64,000 nt of DNA from an uncultured virus (IMG/VR IMGVR_UViG_3300022602_000082) (Duplodnaviria; Heunggongvirae; Uroviricota; Caudoviricetes), in the IMG/VR virus record IMGVR_UViG_3300022602_000082; one strand, written 5' to 3'. The position numbers and the translations under genes were made by a program. Below are positions 27,648-37,902 of this stretch, in pieces. Below the pieces are notes generated by a model. The model did no database searches. It worked only from the letters and a program-made list of their open reading frames with translations, and had not been told where the DNA came from. Within the stretch, counting starts at the first letter, position 1; each line of letters begins with the position of its first letter.

Positions 27648-28145
27648 TTAGTTCCGCTTAATCGAGATGCCAGCGTTATAACGCCCATCTTGACCAACGG
27701 CTCCATTAATATTTCCACTAGCAATTGCGTCTTCTACCATCTTGTTTTGAGCTTCAATGCTGGCCATATCTTCCTCATGCCATTCATTTTTAATCTTCAT
27801 CAAGTATGCGTAAAGTATATCGCCTTGCTGTGTAGTTCCTACCTTTTGTTTGATTTTGTCACTCATGTCGACGTTTGAAGGCGTTACGCCATTCTCTAAC
27901 TCTGTCTCACCTCTTGTAACAAACTCATATCCGCTATCTAGTGCTGATTCTACGTTCCCATCGTCATTCATCCAACAAAGGTGATGACCAGGAATTTCAA
28001 ACTTTACAGCCAAAGTCAGTCTTGGAACACCAATTGAGTTACGTCTAGGGCGTTGAGCCTGTGACCGAACTGTCTCGGTTTCTCGTTCAGATACCGAACG
28101 AACTAATGTTTCAGGACTGCTTTCTTTTTTGCTTACTCTTGGCAT
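27648..28145 (-). CDS. Head-module protein of unknown function
   Basis: W.NDD...GYEFV...YLMKI motifs; head-module position. Confidence 0.65.
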   Translation of the reverse strand: MPRVSKKESSPETLVRSVSERETETVRSQAQRPRRNSIGVPRLTLAVKFEIPGHHLCWMNDDGNVESALDSGYEFVTRGETELENGVTPSNVDMSDKIKQKVGTTQQGDILYAYLMKIKNEWHEEDMASIEAQNKMVEDAIASGNINGAVGQDGRYNAGISIKRN

Positions 28146-28193
28146 TGTAATACTCCTAACTTATTTTAAGTGATTTTACTATAAATACAATGG

Positions 28194-29024
28194 TTATTCA
28201 CCAAAATATTCTTTTAAATAGGCTTCTCTTGTAATTAAACCTTGCTTTTCAAACTTCTGACAAGCTGCTTTAGCTTCAGGAGGCAAGTCGTTATATCCCT
28301 TACCACCCTTTTGATTAGACTTAGGAGCAGTTGTTCCCTCTACAGGAGATGGTCTTGCACGGTTAGTATTGGTAAACTTTTCAGGATACATCTTCTTAAC
28401 ACGCTTAGTAACCTCGTCTAGGAACTCAGAACCAATTAATGTAGGGTTTTGACGCTTGATAACTTCCCCGATTAGGTTAGCTTCATTAGTCAATTCTGTG
28501 TCTTTGCCAAACCAAACATTTTCTTCATTCCATTGAACGAATGATGGGTCAGGTTGATTAGATGCACGAGCAGCTACAGGGTCAGGTTTACGAGCTTTAA
28601 GGTCATCAATAGCATCATCAATCTGCAGAACCTTGTCTCCGTCACCAGTAGAAATAGCTTCTTTCTTTTGGTCACGCAGGTCTGCCATTGCACGGTCATA
28701 AGCCCGTTTTTCAGTCTCAGCATGGAACTTTTTAAATTCGTTCATTGTGGACTTCATTTCAGCCACTTCACGCTTTAGGAAGTCGTTGTCTTTACGCAAC
28801 AGAGCATTAATCTCTTTACCTTTCTTTACAAAGGTTTCTGCGTCAACCCATTTGTCTTCTGGGCCGTTATAGTCTTCTTGGGGAACCCAACCTTGGCGTT
28901 TTGCCTCGGCTAACGTCTCTTCATCAATATCAGGTGTAACGTCAGACTGCACACCTGCTTCTACTTCTTGGGATGCTGAACCATCTAATGATTCAGGTGC
29001 TACTTGGGCTAATTCTTCACTCAT
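28194..29024 (-). CDS. Putative scaffolding protein
   Basis: Acidic coiled coil, AKRQGWVP..W.DAETFV; between portal and capsid. Confidence 0.65.
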   Translation of the reverse strand: MSEELAQVAPESLDGSASQEVEAGVQSDVTPDIDEETLAEAKRQGWVPQEDYNGPEDKWVDAETFVKKGKEINALLRKDNDFLKREVAEMKSTMNEFKKFHAETEKRAYDRAMADLRDQKKEAISTGDGDKVLQIDDAIDDLKARKPDPVAARASNQPDPSFVQWNEENVWFGKDTELTNEANLIGEVIKRQNPTLIGSEFLDEVTKRVKKMYPEKFTNTNRARPSPVEGTTAPKSNQKGGKGYNDLPPEAKAACQKFEKQGLITREAYLKEYFGE

Positions 29025-29344
29025 TTGCTATCTCCTAGTTTGGTAAGGCATATATCTAAATCGTTTAAGACTCGGTATTCGATTCCGTCTTCTGACTCGT
29101 CTGGGGTGATAAGTTGACCAGCGTAACGTCCAAACTTGACGTAGTCACCGACTTTACACCAAGGGGATTCTTGGTCGGAATAAGCAGTATTCCCAACTTC
29201 GACGACGATTCCACCGTCTTGACCAAGCTGTTCTCGCTTAGTAACGTCTTTGGGAATAATAATGCCGCCTTGAGATACTTCTTCAACTTTCGTGACCTTT
29301 ACCAAGACACGATGTCCTGTTGGCTTCCATCCTGATGTATTCAT
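29021..29344 (-). CDS. groES: Co-chaperonin GroES-like protein
   Basis: KPTGHRVLVK, GGIIIP mobile loop, KVGDYVKFGRYAG. Confidence 0.85.
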   Translation of the reverse strand: MNTSGWKPTGHRVLVKVTKVEEVSQGGIIIPKDVTKREQLGQDGGIVVEVGNTAYSDQESPWCKVGDYVKFGRYAGQLITPDESEDGIEYRVLNDLDICLTKLGDSK

Positions 29345-29550
29345 TAGACCCCCGTAATATCTTCATAAGTCAAATCAAGAATTTGATTGATGGAATATAC
29401 CCCACCCAATGCAAACTGATTTTCCCCGTCAGTTACAAACTGTCGATTAGCCCACGCCTCTTGGGTTTCAACTTTAGCCTTCTTTAAAAAATTAAAGAAT
29501 TCCTCAGTTACGTGGTAGCTCTTCCATTCCTTGAATTCCTGCTCCGTCAT
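29344..29550 (-). CDS. Small head-module protein
   Basis: ORF coupled between portal and GroES. Confidence 0.6.
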   Translation of the reverse strand: MTEQEFKEWKSYHVTEEFFNFLKKAKVETQEAWANRQFVTDGENQFALGGVYSINQILDLTYEDITGV

Positions 29551-31528
29551 TGCTTGATTCCTTATCTAAGTTTTGCATCATCTCTATTGACTTAATAATC
29601 CCATCTACGTGTGCTCTCTTAGCACCGATTTGGGCTTCTAACATAGCTATAGCATGACCAGATTGAACACCATCTGCTTGTTCAAGTTCCAATACTGCTT
29701 TAGCTTGTAGCTCGGTAATCTTGGCTTGTTGTAACTCTGCTTCTTGCATGAGCTTGGCAATACCAAGTTTAAATTTAAGTTGGTGATTCATCTGACGCTC
29801 ATCGTTCTTCATCTTCTCGATTTGCATTTTTTCCGATGGGCCTGGCTTGATAGCGTTAGGGCCTTTAGGGTCAGGGAGAATCTGGTCAATAGCGTTTACT
29901 TTGAGTGCATCTAAGTAACGCTTTTGGACTTCATACATATTGAAGCCACCAGAGGATTGTGCTAACTGTAATACGGCTTGTGCTTGCATCTGACGTTGAC
30001 TATCTGAAACAACATTAGGGTCGGCAGCAGGTTTAACTAACTTCATATCCATAGAATAGTCGTCAGGCAACACGAATTGTAGTTCGTTGTTGTATTCAAA
30101 CTCTACTGGCTCACTTGGCAGATAGAGTTGGTTTAGACGGTATAGCTTTTGGAATTCTTCTTTCATGGCTCTCCAAGTACGCTTGTAGATACCATTAAAT
30201 ACTTTCATACCCTGCTCTACTACGTTACGACTTGTCTCAGCAGGAGTATTTTGACCAGGGCTTACGCCTGTCATCATATCGGTTGCACCAGCAATACGCT
30301 CACCATAATTGATGAGGAGTTGCAATAATTGGAACGATACACCGTTAGGTTCACGGATAGGCAGTGGGAAGATGTTGGCACGTAAGTCATCGCCAGTGCT
30401 ATCTACACGTTTCCACTCATGTGGCTTGAATGTGTAGTCGCCACCTTTAATCTTAACGCCACGACCTAAGAATCCACCACCAGTAACGCTCATCGTACCA
30501 GCATCAATCAACTGGTTAACAATGGTGTTTACTGAATCATTGGTAGGCCCAAGTAATACGCCAAAGCCTAAATCGTAGAAGCCACCGTCTGGGCTAGGAA
30601 CAAAGCCATACTTTGTGAAGTACTGTTCAGGCTTAATGCGGATAATTTCACCGTTGTGGTACTCAATTGAGTCTTCAAAGTAACGGGCAACGATACGGTA
30701 GATTTTGCCAGTGTCTCTACGGATGTAGGCAATGTACGGCTCTTTGTATCCATCTTCATCAAAGTCATGCCAAAAGTGAGTTTCAAAAAATTCGTAAGGG
30801 GTATCAGGGTCACCTGATTGCTGACGAACACCTTGTGCGTCTTCTTTAGCTTGGGTAAGCATAGAGACGTTAGGAAGACTAGGTTGTACTTCGTCTTCTA
30901 CTTTTAAAAATACTCCACGTACCTGACGCTCGTGCAGGTCGTTGGAAGACAAAAGAATTCGATGTGAGACTCTTGGGGATTCTGCAATTGACTTGGTATA
31001 GTAATTGACAACGAAATCATTAGGAAGAACAAGCTCAGAGACATTATGACCTTTTACTGGGTCAAAGTAAGACTTCTTGATTGCGGTACCAGCAATAGCT
31101 TGAACCAGCAAAGTCTTGTCAGTGTTCTCTTCCCAACCTTCATCTTCTTCCATTACTTGGTAAGTCATGTGACGGGAGATGCGGTCTGCACGTTTGTGCA
31201 TTTCGCCATCGTCATCTTTACCGTACACCTTACATTTGACCACTTCGTTATTGGAGATTAATGCAGGGTAGGCACGACTATGATACTGCATTGCAGCAAT
31301 AGTAATCAAGGGGAACTTCACATTAGAAGCACCAGGCCAAGGGAACGTTTTACGCTCAACCACTTGAAGAGCCAACTTGCTGGCTTTCTCATTACGCTCT
31401 TCCCAATCTAAACGGGAAGTTAAGTCAAGATTGATTTCATCCATCAATCTGAAGCCTAATGAGGATAACTCCTCTGAATCCATATCTTCAGCGATATTGG
31501 GGGAACGCAGGAGTTCTTCTATTTTCAT
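29504..31528 (-). CDS. Portal protein
   Basis: 674 aa after TerL; KTFPWPGASNV, GFYDLGFG, NQLIDAGT motifs; C-terminal coiled coil. Confidence 0.85.
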   Translation of the reverse strand: MKIEELLRSPNIAEDMDSEELSSLGFRLMDEINLDLTSRLDWEERNEKASKLALQVVERKTFPWPGASNVKFPLITIAAMQYHSRAYPALISNNEVVKCKVYGKDDDGEMHKRADRISRHMTYQVMEEDEGWEENTDKTLLVQAIAGTAIKKSYFDPVKGHNVSELVLPNDFVVNYYTKSIAESPRVSHRILLSSNDLHERQVRGVFLKVEDEVQPSLPNVSMLTQAKEDAQGVRQQSGDPDTPYEFFETHFWHDFDEDGYKEPYIAYIRRDTGKIYRIVARYFEDSIEYHNGEIIRIKPEQYFTKYGFVPSPDGGFYDLGFGVLLGPTNDSVNTIVNQLIDAGTMSVTGGGFLGRGVKIKGGDYTFKPHEWKRVDSTGDDLRANIFPLPIREPNGVSFQLLQLLINYGERIAGATDMMTGVSPGQNTPAETSRNVVEQGMKVFNGIYKRTWRAMKEEFQKLYRLNQLYLPSEPVEFEYNNELQFVLPDDYSMDMKLVKPAADPNVVSDSQRQMQAQAVLQLAQSSGGFNMYEVQKRYLDALKVNAIDQILPDPKGPNAIKPGPSEKMQIEKMKNDERQMNHQLKFKLGIAKLMQEAELQQAKITELQAKAVLELEQADGVQSGHAIAMLEAQIGAKRAHVDGIIKSIEMMQNLDKESSNDGAGIQGMEELPRN

Positions 31529-31616
31529 TGTTTACCTTATAATCTTTAAAGGAAAGTACTACAGTATTGTAACAGAGTCAATACCCTGAAAGATTACTAG
31601 ACACAGAATTTACTGT

Positions 31617-33041
31617 CTAGTAGCCTGTCCACTGTGACTGACCCTCAAATAATCCTCCACCGTATTCTTTTTCGTACTCTTCATCGTCTATTTCTTCTTT
31701 GGTCGGTGCCATAGTCACTTTGTCTAAAGCTAGACCAATATAGGCTAGTGCGTCAACCTGGTCATCGTGCTGACCTCTTGGGAATACCAGCATTTCATCT
31801 ATTAGACCAGCGTACCAGTTCTTATCCTTATTAAACCGTACCCCACCAGCCCTCATACGAGCCTGTAATGGTTTTGCACGTTGCTCTTTGTCGACCTTTG
31901 GGGTGACTGCGTGTAAGTTAATGTACATTCCCCGTTTGACCATCTCGGCATTTAAGAACGCATCTAGGGTATGTTTAATCTGCCCTTTCTCTGCTATGAA
32001 CAGGTTAGGCTCATACTTTTCTTGTATCCAAAACATATTTTCGATAATCTCAAAGCCATCCCATCTGCCCCTACGAATATCGACTACGTGGACTAATCCT
32101 TCTTGGTCGATGCCCGCCACCGCAATAACGGTATAGTCGGACTTGGTCTTCTTTGTAATAGCAAAGTCAATTGCCGCATAATACTCAAGGTAATCAGGAG
32201 TATCGCTATGAATAAAATCGTCCCTATGAAAATAGGCATTTTCAGCGTCAATAGGCTTATTGAGATATTCCTGGCTATATCCATCAGGGTTTCCTTGGTT
32301 AATATAAGATTGTCGTATTTCTAATAACTTTTCTTTACCTAGCTTTTCGGGCCATAGTATCTCGGTAAAGTCTTCATTGTGCGCTGCAAACCGTTCTGAA
32401 TCCCATAGGCTATCTTTTAATAGGCGTTCTAAGGCAGAATCCATATGAAGGACAGTTCCTACCATCCGTATCTTGCAGTATTCTGAACCGCAAGGGAATA
32501 GGTCATTAAATAGCCAGTTACGGAACTTCTCACGACGCTGTGGGTTCATTACCTGTTCGGCACCCTCGGCATCGTCAATAATGATTAGGTTAGGGCGTTT
32601 GCCGTTCCACTGTAGTCCTCGGACTTCTTGTTCAGAACCTTTAGCTATTATACAAAACTGGTGTCCGTCTAATAACTCAACTACCACCTCGGTTTCTGTA
32701 TCTTTTACGAAACGTTTTACCCCAAACTGGGACTTGAGTTCCTCATTGACTAGAAGCTCAGTTTTGATGTTGGCTAGGAATCGGGCCACCTGTCCTTCGG
32801 TCTTGGAGACTAAAAGGATGAAGTCACGGTCACGAAAGAGAGCAGACGCTAACGTACCAGAGAATGTAACGGCAGTAGTTTTGGCGGTTCCACGTGGAGC
32901 AGCGACTACAACTCTAGAACCTTCTGAACAGAACTTATCCCAAAGAACCCTATGAAACGCAGGAATTGCTTTGACTGCATCCATCCGAGGGACAAGAAAC
33001 ACCCTCACAAAGCCCTCTATCAACTGTGCATCTAGTTGCAT
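31617..33041 (-). CDS. terL: Terminase large subunit
   Basis: APRGTAKTT Walker A, IIIDD Walker B, VGT, IDFA and HDDQVDA nuclease motifs. Confidence 0.92.
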   Translation of the reverse strand: MQLDAQLIEGFVRVFLVPRMDAVKAIPAFHRVLWDKFCSEGSRVVVAAPRGTAKTTAVTFSGTLASALFRDRDFILLVSKTEGQVARFLANIKTELLVNEELKSQFGVKRFVKDTETEVVVELLDGHQFCIIAKGSEQEVRGLQWNGKRPNLIIIDDAEGAEQVMNPQRREKFRNWLFNDLFPCGSEYCKIRMVGTVLHMDSALERLLKDSLWDSERFAAHNEDFTEILWPEKLGKEKLLEIRQSYINQGNPDGYSQEYLNKPIDAENAYFHRDDFIHSDTPDYLEYYAAIDFAITKKTKSDYTVIAVAGIDQEGLVHVVDIRRGRWDGFEIIENMFWIQEKYEPNLFIAEKGQIKHTLDAFLNAEMVKRGMYINLHAVTPKVDKEQRAKPLQARMRAGGVRFNKDKNWYAGLIDEMLVFPRGQHDDQVDALAYIGLALDKVTMAPTKEEIDDEEYEKEYGGGLFEGQSQWTGY

Positions 33042-33201
33042 CTACTTTCCTCTGTTGTATGACATCACAGGCAAAATTGATTAATAACTGTAAATCGCCT
33101 TTGACTCGCCATCCTGCGTCTAACCTTGCTTGTATCTCATCTAATACTTCTTCCGTTACGGGCCGAGATAAATCCGTGGAAGGGATTATGTTACCCATCA
33201 T
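32950..33201 (-). CDS. Hypothetical protein
   Basis: ORF coupled between 33198-33878 and terL. Confidence 0.45.
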   Translation of the reverse strand: MMGNIIPSTDLSRPVTEEVLDEIQARLDAGWRVKGDLQLLINFACDVIQQRKVDATRCTVDRGLCEGVSCPSDGCSQSNSCVS

Positions 33202-33878
33202 TTGCTTTTTAGATACTCGTTTACTTTATCCAATAATTGTAACTGGTCTGGTCTATATGCCTCTTTAATCTCTTGTGGCTTCCATTGACCAAAAGTGTAA
33301 CCTCTAAAGTATGAGGGTAAACCCGAACGCTCGTACCACTCTTTATACGTAGGGGTGCGCTCTTTAGGGTCTTCTTGCTTCATCCTGATAACTTCGTCTG
33401 CGTATTGGCGTTTTAATTCTTTCTTTTGATTGTCGTCCAAAGACTTCTCAAAGTCTGAATATATCTTTTTAAGGGTTGGGTCAGTATTGACCATGTGGTG
33501 AGAAACAATATCCCCTGCCACATCCTCAGGTCTAGTTGTGGGTTTATATACCTCTACCCCTAGTTTATTGATGTCTATATCTTTTGGCCGTGGTCTATCT
33601 TTAGAGCCTTCTTCTTTTTGGGGCCAGAATTCCAAGAATGGAACATCTGCCTTATTGGTTAATGACTCTTTGTATGCAATTGGCACGGAAGATAGCTTTG
33701 GATACATTTCAAGGGCTTTTTCATACCTATTAGGTTCTTTTGCCCTTTCCATAGCTTGCTGTGCTAGTGGGTTCTGTAGTCCTGATTGGTCACCCATTGG
33801 ATTACCCATTGGAGGTTGGCTTGCACCGTTTTGGCCGCCCATAAACAAGCTAGACAAGTAATTATTGATGTAATCCAT
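33198..33878 (-). CDS. Hypothetical protein (226 aa)
   Basis: Long ORF upstream of terL; no motif recognised. Confidence 0.65.
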   Translation of the reverse strand: MDYINNYLSSLFMGGQNGASQPPMGNPMGDQSGLQNPLAQQAMERAKEPNRYEKALEMYPKLSSVPIAYKESLTNKADVPFLEFWPQKEEGSKDRPRPKDIDINKLGVEVYKPTTRPEDVAGDIVSHHMVNTDPTLKKIYSDFEKSLDDNQKKELKRQYADEVIRMKQEDPKERTPTYKEWYERSGLPSYFRGYTFGQWKPQEIKEAYRPDQLQLLDKVNEYLKSK

Positions 33879-34068
33879 ATATAGAGGAGAGTATAACTTC
33901 TAAATTTGAAAATTACTATATACGCAGGAATGCGATATTGATTTTGAGGGAAAGTCTCATTTTCCTATAGAGAGGGGATAAGCCTTTTTTCTAAATTTGA
34001 AATTTGGTGGCGTCGTCTCAGGGTGGGTTATAACTATATTACCCAACACTTATTTCCCCCCTCCCACC

Positions 34069-34084
34069 CTGTATATGTATACAG
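34069..34084. promoter_or_regulatory. LexA (SOS) box
   Basis: CTGTATATGTATACAG matches CTGT-(AT)4-ACAG with one mismatch, in a large intergenic region. Confidence 0.65.
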
Positions 34085-34521
34085 TAGGGTTTACCCTAGG
34101 TCTGGGGGTCTTATGTCTTATATAAGAGCAGATGAGAGTAGATGTATGCTCTATATATAGGGGGATAGTATTAAGGTATCTAGTAATGGCTAGGGGATTG
34201 GGGGTCGCCCTGGGGAAAGCTAGGAGCAAGGGGGGTGACTGTGATTATGCCCTACAAGGGGTAAAACGGGATAGAATGTATCCTCTCTCTGTCTCTTCTC
34301 TCTCTAGTATTCTTGTCTCTCTATTTAATGGCTTAACTAGGTTTGTATAAGTTTTATATCGGGCCGCAACGTAACACACTGATATTGCTTAAATAATAGG
34401 CAGCGTTGTATCTTTACAACTAAGGGTTTTCCTTAGATAAATATATTACAAAAGTTATTTGTATTCATGTATAGTTCTTACATGACATCGGGGGATGTCT
34501 AATACATAAAGGGAATACATC

Positions 34522-34833
34522 ATGCAACGTATCACTGATAAAGACTTAGACCAATTAGCTACCTATCTAAACCAGATAACAGATTCACCCATTGAGTATA
34601 GAAACAAAGAAACAGGTAAGAGCAATCCAGGCCATTACACAATTAGCCACGCATATGGTGGCATATGCTTACATCGCATTTCTAACGCATCTGGTGGATG
34701 CTCTACCCCTTTAGTTCATGGGCATATTCCTAAGCGTGAACTATTTGAGCAAATGCACGCATTTATTAAAGGAATTGAGTTCGCAAAATGGGAAAACGAA
34801 CTTAAAGCACAAAAAGAAAGGATAGCAGCATGA
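34522..34833 (+). CDS. Hypothetical early protein
   Basis: AAGGGA RBS; promoter-like TTACAA-18-TATAGT upstream. Confidence 0.7.
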   Translation: MQRITDKDLDQLATYLNQITDSPIEYRNKETGKSNPGHYTISHAYGGICLHRISNASGGCSTPLVHGHIPKRELFEQMHAFIKGIEFAKWENELKAQKERIAA

Positions 34834-34930
34834 GAGCGCTTATAGACCAGGTAATTCCTACTCTTTTATTCCTTGCGTTAGGTGTTACGCTTGGTTATCT
34901 TGGTGCGGTCTCTTTATTAGGGGTTTAATT

Positions 34931-35113
34931 ATGATTAAAGAATCAGACATCATTAAAGAATCTGGTAATTATTGGGTTTTAAAATGCTCTTCTGGCTTTG
35001 ATGTAATGAAGAATGTCATTACTCATTCAGTAACAATCGCCAGCTTTGGGCCATCTCAATTTGACCTGGCAGATGCTTATTTTAATTACATGGTTAAACG
35101 GGGGGTAGCATGA
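34931..35113 (+). CDS. Hypothetical early protein
   Basis: AGGGG RBS; member of a small-ORF cluster. Confidence 0.6.
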   Translation: MIKESDIIKESGNYWVLKCSSGFDVMKNVITHSVTIASFGPSQFDLADAYFNYMVKRGVA

Positions 35114-35347
35114 CTAATTACCAGAGGATGCACTATGCCTTGTCTATTGCCTTCGCTAGAGGGTTATTAGATGGAGAGCAATTGGCCGAACTATTGGCAA
35201 TCTATAAGGGAGAGAAATGAAAACTTATAAAATAACTTTTGAAATAGCACTTAAAAACGATAATACAGATTGGATTGAAAGAGCTATTGAAGAAAATTTA
35301 GAGAGTGGAGAAGAAATATTAGAGGGAAATATTGAGGAGGTAATAGC

Positions 35348-35539
35348 GTGAAAACACTATACCCACAATTGAGAATAACAGACCCAAAGTTTAACTATGT
35401 AACAGCCGCTAAAACTGACATAAGAGAGACTTTTAGGCGTATTCAAGCCACCCAAAATCAAGAAATCAATAAGCCTTTAGTGGAGTTTCTTATGATTCCT
35501 GATGGATTTGTGCTACCTGTTCAATGGATGGAGTGGTAG
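35348..35539 (+). CDS. Hypothetical early protein
   Basis: GGAGG RBS and GTG start. Confidence 0.55.
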   Translation: MKTLYPQLRITDPKFNYVTAAKTDIRETFRRIQATQNQEINKPLVEFLMIPDGFVLPVQWMEW

Positions 35540-36029
35540 GGGTTATATCAATGGCTTCCTGGGTAATGGTTCGCAGCTTATCTGCCAATGATTCAATGGT
35601 AACATGGCTGATTGATGTGGCCTTACCCTGAAGTAATTGATTAGCCTTTAGTGTTACATCTGCAATAGTGGCAAGGTGATTGGCTTTTACTTTAGTTCTT
35701 ACATGGCCTTCATTGGGAATATACGATTCATCCCCGTTTTCTAGCCGTTCGCCTATTTCATCATAGGTCTTATTGATGATTTGACGCTGTTTGGCTAATA
35801 GTTCGTCTTTATAGTTTAGGAGGATTTTTTCAACCATGTTGTGCCACCATGATTTTGTCTTCCATTGGAATGCCGTTTGATATGGGACTTCATGCTTTCG
35901 ACATACGGCTGCTAGATTTGGGTCTAAAAGGTAATCATTTACAAATGCAAGCCGCTTTTCTTGTGAATAATTCGAGCCTTCTTCCTCAAGATAGCGAGCT
36001 TCCCATTGGTCATAAGTCATTTTTGACAT
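35490..36029 (-). CDS. HTH protein, candidate terminase small subunit
   Basis: NLAAVCRKHEVPYQTAFQWK HTH, helical body and C-terminal QLLQGKATSI; no other TerS candidate. Confidence 0.55.
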   Translation of the reverse strand: MSKMTYDQWEARYLEEEGSNYSQEKRLAFVNDYLLDPNLAAVCRKHEVPYQTAFQWKTKSWWHNMVEKILLNYKDELLAKQRQIINKTYDEIGERLENGDESYIPNEGHVRTKVKANHLATIADVTLKANQLLQGKATSISHVTIESLADKLRTITQEAIDITPTTPSIEQVAQIHQES

Positions 36030-36477
36030 CTTCTCTCTCTTTCTGACCATAAAGGGCAAGTAGTATTGCCTCTGCCAAATTGTGGTCTTTCTTTCTCATC
36101 TTCATCAGGGGGTAAAGGTCTTTGATAGCCTTTAGTGAATCTTCTTTAGAACTGATTTTAAGCTCTTTTTTCCATTTTTGTGGTGATACATAGTAAGTAG
36201 GTATATTCAACGCCCCTAAGACACCTCTAATCGCCCCGTAAGTGTCTCCAAATGAGAATACTGAGCCAACACCTTGACCAGGCCTACTAGCTACCTTTTC
36301 AAGATAACAGATTACATCAGGGTAAACCCTAAGTATGTTGCTTAATTTTTGAGCATCTACTTGTCTCTTAATAAATCCCGTTTTCTTTTCTGTTGGGATT
36401 GTTTCTAGTAGCTCAATATGTGAGCCTGACAGAATAGCCAAACCTCCGTCTAATCCTGGGTCAATACCTAAAATCAC
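36010..36477 (-). CDS. RuvC-like Holliday junction resolvase
   Basis: ILGIDPGLDGG, LEKV, FSFG..YG, PQKWKK, AEAIL motifs. Confidence 0.8.
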   Translation of the reverse strand: MILGIDPGLDGGLAILSGSHIELLETIPTEKKTGFIKRQVDAQKLSNILRVYPDVICYLEKVASRPGQGVGSVFSFGDTYGAIRGVLGALNIPTYYVSPQKWKKELKISSKEDSLKAIKDLYPLMKMRKKDHNLAEAILLALYGQKEREDVKNDL

Positions 36478-36580
36478 TTTGTATCTTTCTTTGGTTTTTT
36501 GCCAAAAATCTTATCCCAATTTTCCTCAAACTTTTTAGGGTCAGGGATTGGGCGGGGTTTATGACCTTTACCTCCATCAC

Positions 36581-36919
36581 TCATTGGAATTCCCTCCCTT
36601 GTGTGCTGCCGATTGGATTGATAATGAGGTAATTGTTAGTCATAAGCCAATGGTATGTTTTTGCCATAGCCTCAAACCATTCTTGTTTCTTTTCTAAGTA
36701 AGTGCCTTGTCCTTGGTCAATCCGTGAATGACACTTTTGGCATAAAAATGCTATGTAGCAATCGTCTGCTTTTCTTCCCATACCTTTTCCATGTTCTAAT
36801 AGGTTAGAATGAGCTGACACGGTAGTTCCGTATGAACAACAAATTGCACATGGGGCATCTTTTGCTAATTTTAGTAACTGAGGATTACGATAGGCTTTAG
36901 TTTTGAGATAACTAGACAT
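36581..36919 (-). CDS. DUF1364/YbcO-like Zn-binding nuclease
   Basis: PCAIC..TTVSAHSN..HGKGMGRKADD...CQKCH..ID. Confidence 0.7.
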   Translation of the reverse strand: MSSYLKTKAYRNPQLLKLAKDAPCAICCSYGTTVSAHSNLLEHGKGMGRKADDCYIAFLCQKCHSRIDQGQGTYLEKKQEWFEAMAKTYHWLMTNNYLIINPIGSTQGREFQ

Positions 36920-37229
36920 TTGCATTAGCCTTTTCCATTGTTTGCCATGCACTAATCTTAATCTTGGCTGCTTCTATCAGGAATCGGAGCTTTTCATCTT
37001 GATAAATAGCCTCTTTCATAGCCTCTAAATGTGTAATATATTCAACATTTTTATAGGCTTCTCGTTCTTGAGCGTTTACAGGCATATCTAGATTGTCAGA
37101 CATTAACTGAGCTTTGAGTGACTTGCGATATTCCTCCATATATACCCGATTAGACCGATTTACGGCTGCTTGTTCGGCAGAATCCCTTAAAAAGTCTAGA
37201 GCTTTCTCAATATCACGCTGACTTATCAT
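36912..37229 (-). CDS. Helical phage protein of unknown function
   Basis: Coupled ORF with coiled-coil character. Confidence 0.6.
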   Translation of the reverse strand: MISQRDIEKALDFLRDSAEQAAVNRSNRVYMEEYRKSLKAQLMSDNLDMPVNAQEREAYKNVEYITHLEAMKEAIYQDEKLRFLIEAAKIKISAWQTMEKANANV

Positions 37230-37902
37230 TCTCGGCCTCCCAATTTGCATTGGCAATCTCTACATATTTCTTGAAATCACCGTACCAAGTCTTTTTGCCT
37301 GTGTGTGATACGTTAATATCAGGGTGGACGTACACTTTTTCACCTAAATCACGCCATTTTTGGCAAAATGCTACGTCTTCACCAAGTAATTGACCATCTA
37401 CTACCTTGGTCTCAAATACATGGCGGTACTCTTTTCCGTGGTCAGTGTATTTTTCTGACGCATCCCACATCATCTTAATAGCACGTTTAGAGATACGCAT
37501 AAAGCCAGTACCTACGGCACGAGCATCAATCAAACCATAGTAAAAGTCGTATTTTTTATCAAAGGTCTTGACGTTATAGTGTGTTAAATCATTCTTACTG
37601 ACTACTGCACCACCAATGACATCCACAGTCGGAGAAATCAAATTACCAAAGTCTTTTTGCTCCCATCCCTGGTCAGCATCAATAAAAATAAGGTCATCTA
37701 CTTCTGCCTCATAAGCCATGCGGAATAGCTCATCTCGTGCCTTTTGAATCAATGAGCATCCCACAATGGTTTTGAGAGTCATTTCAATCTCATTGAGAAT
37801 ACATAACTCCATAGTTTTGAATATGGAAGTCATAAAGTCGAGTTCTAGCTTGCCGTCATAGCAAGGAGTACCAATCATTATCCTACGGGGTTTCTTGTCC
37901 AT
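37213..37902 (-). CDS. GT-A fold glycosyltransferase
   Basis: IGTPCY, FIDAD (DxD), GTGFM.I, GEDVAFC..WR, H.G motifs. Confidence 0.8.
   Translation of the reverse strand: MDKKPRRIMIGTPCYDGKLELDFMTSIFKTMELCILNEIEMTLKTIVGCSLIQKARDELFRMAYEAEVDDLIFIDADQGWEQKDFGNLISPTVDVIGGAVVSKNDLTHYNVKTFDKKYDFYYGLIDARAVGTGFMRISKRAIKMMWDASEKYTDHGKEYRHVFETKVVDGQLLGEDVAFCQKWRDLGEKVYVHPDINVSHTGKKTWYGDFKKYVEIANANWEAENDKSA

Noticed and set aside
34132..34350. 72-aa ORF in the large intergenic region
   Set aside because: Low-complexity sequence, no convincing RBS, no recognisable motif.
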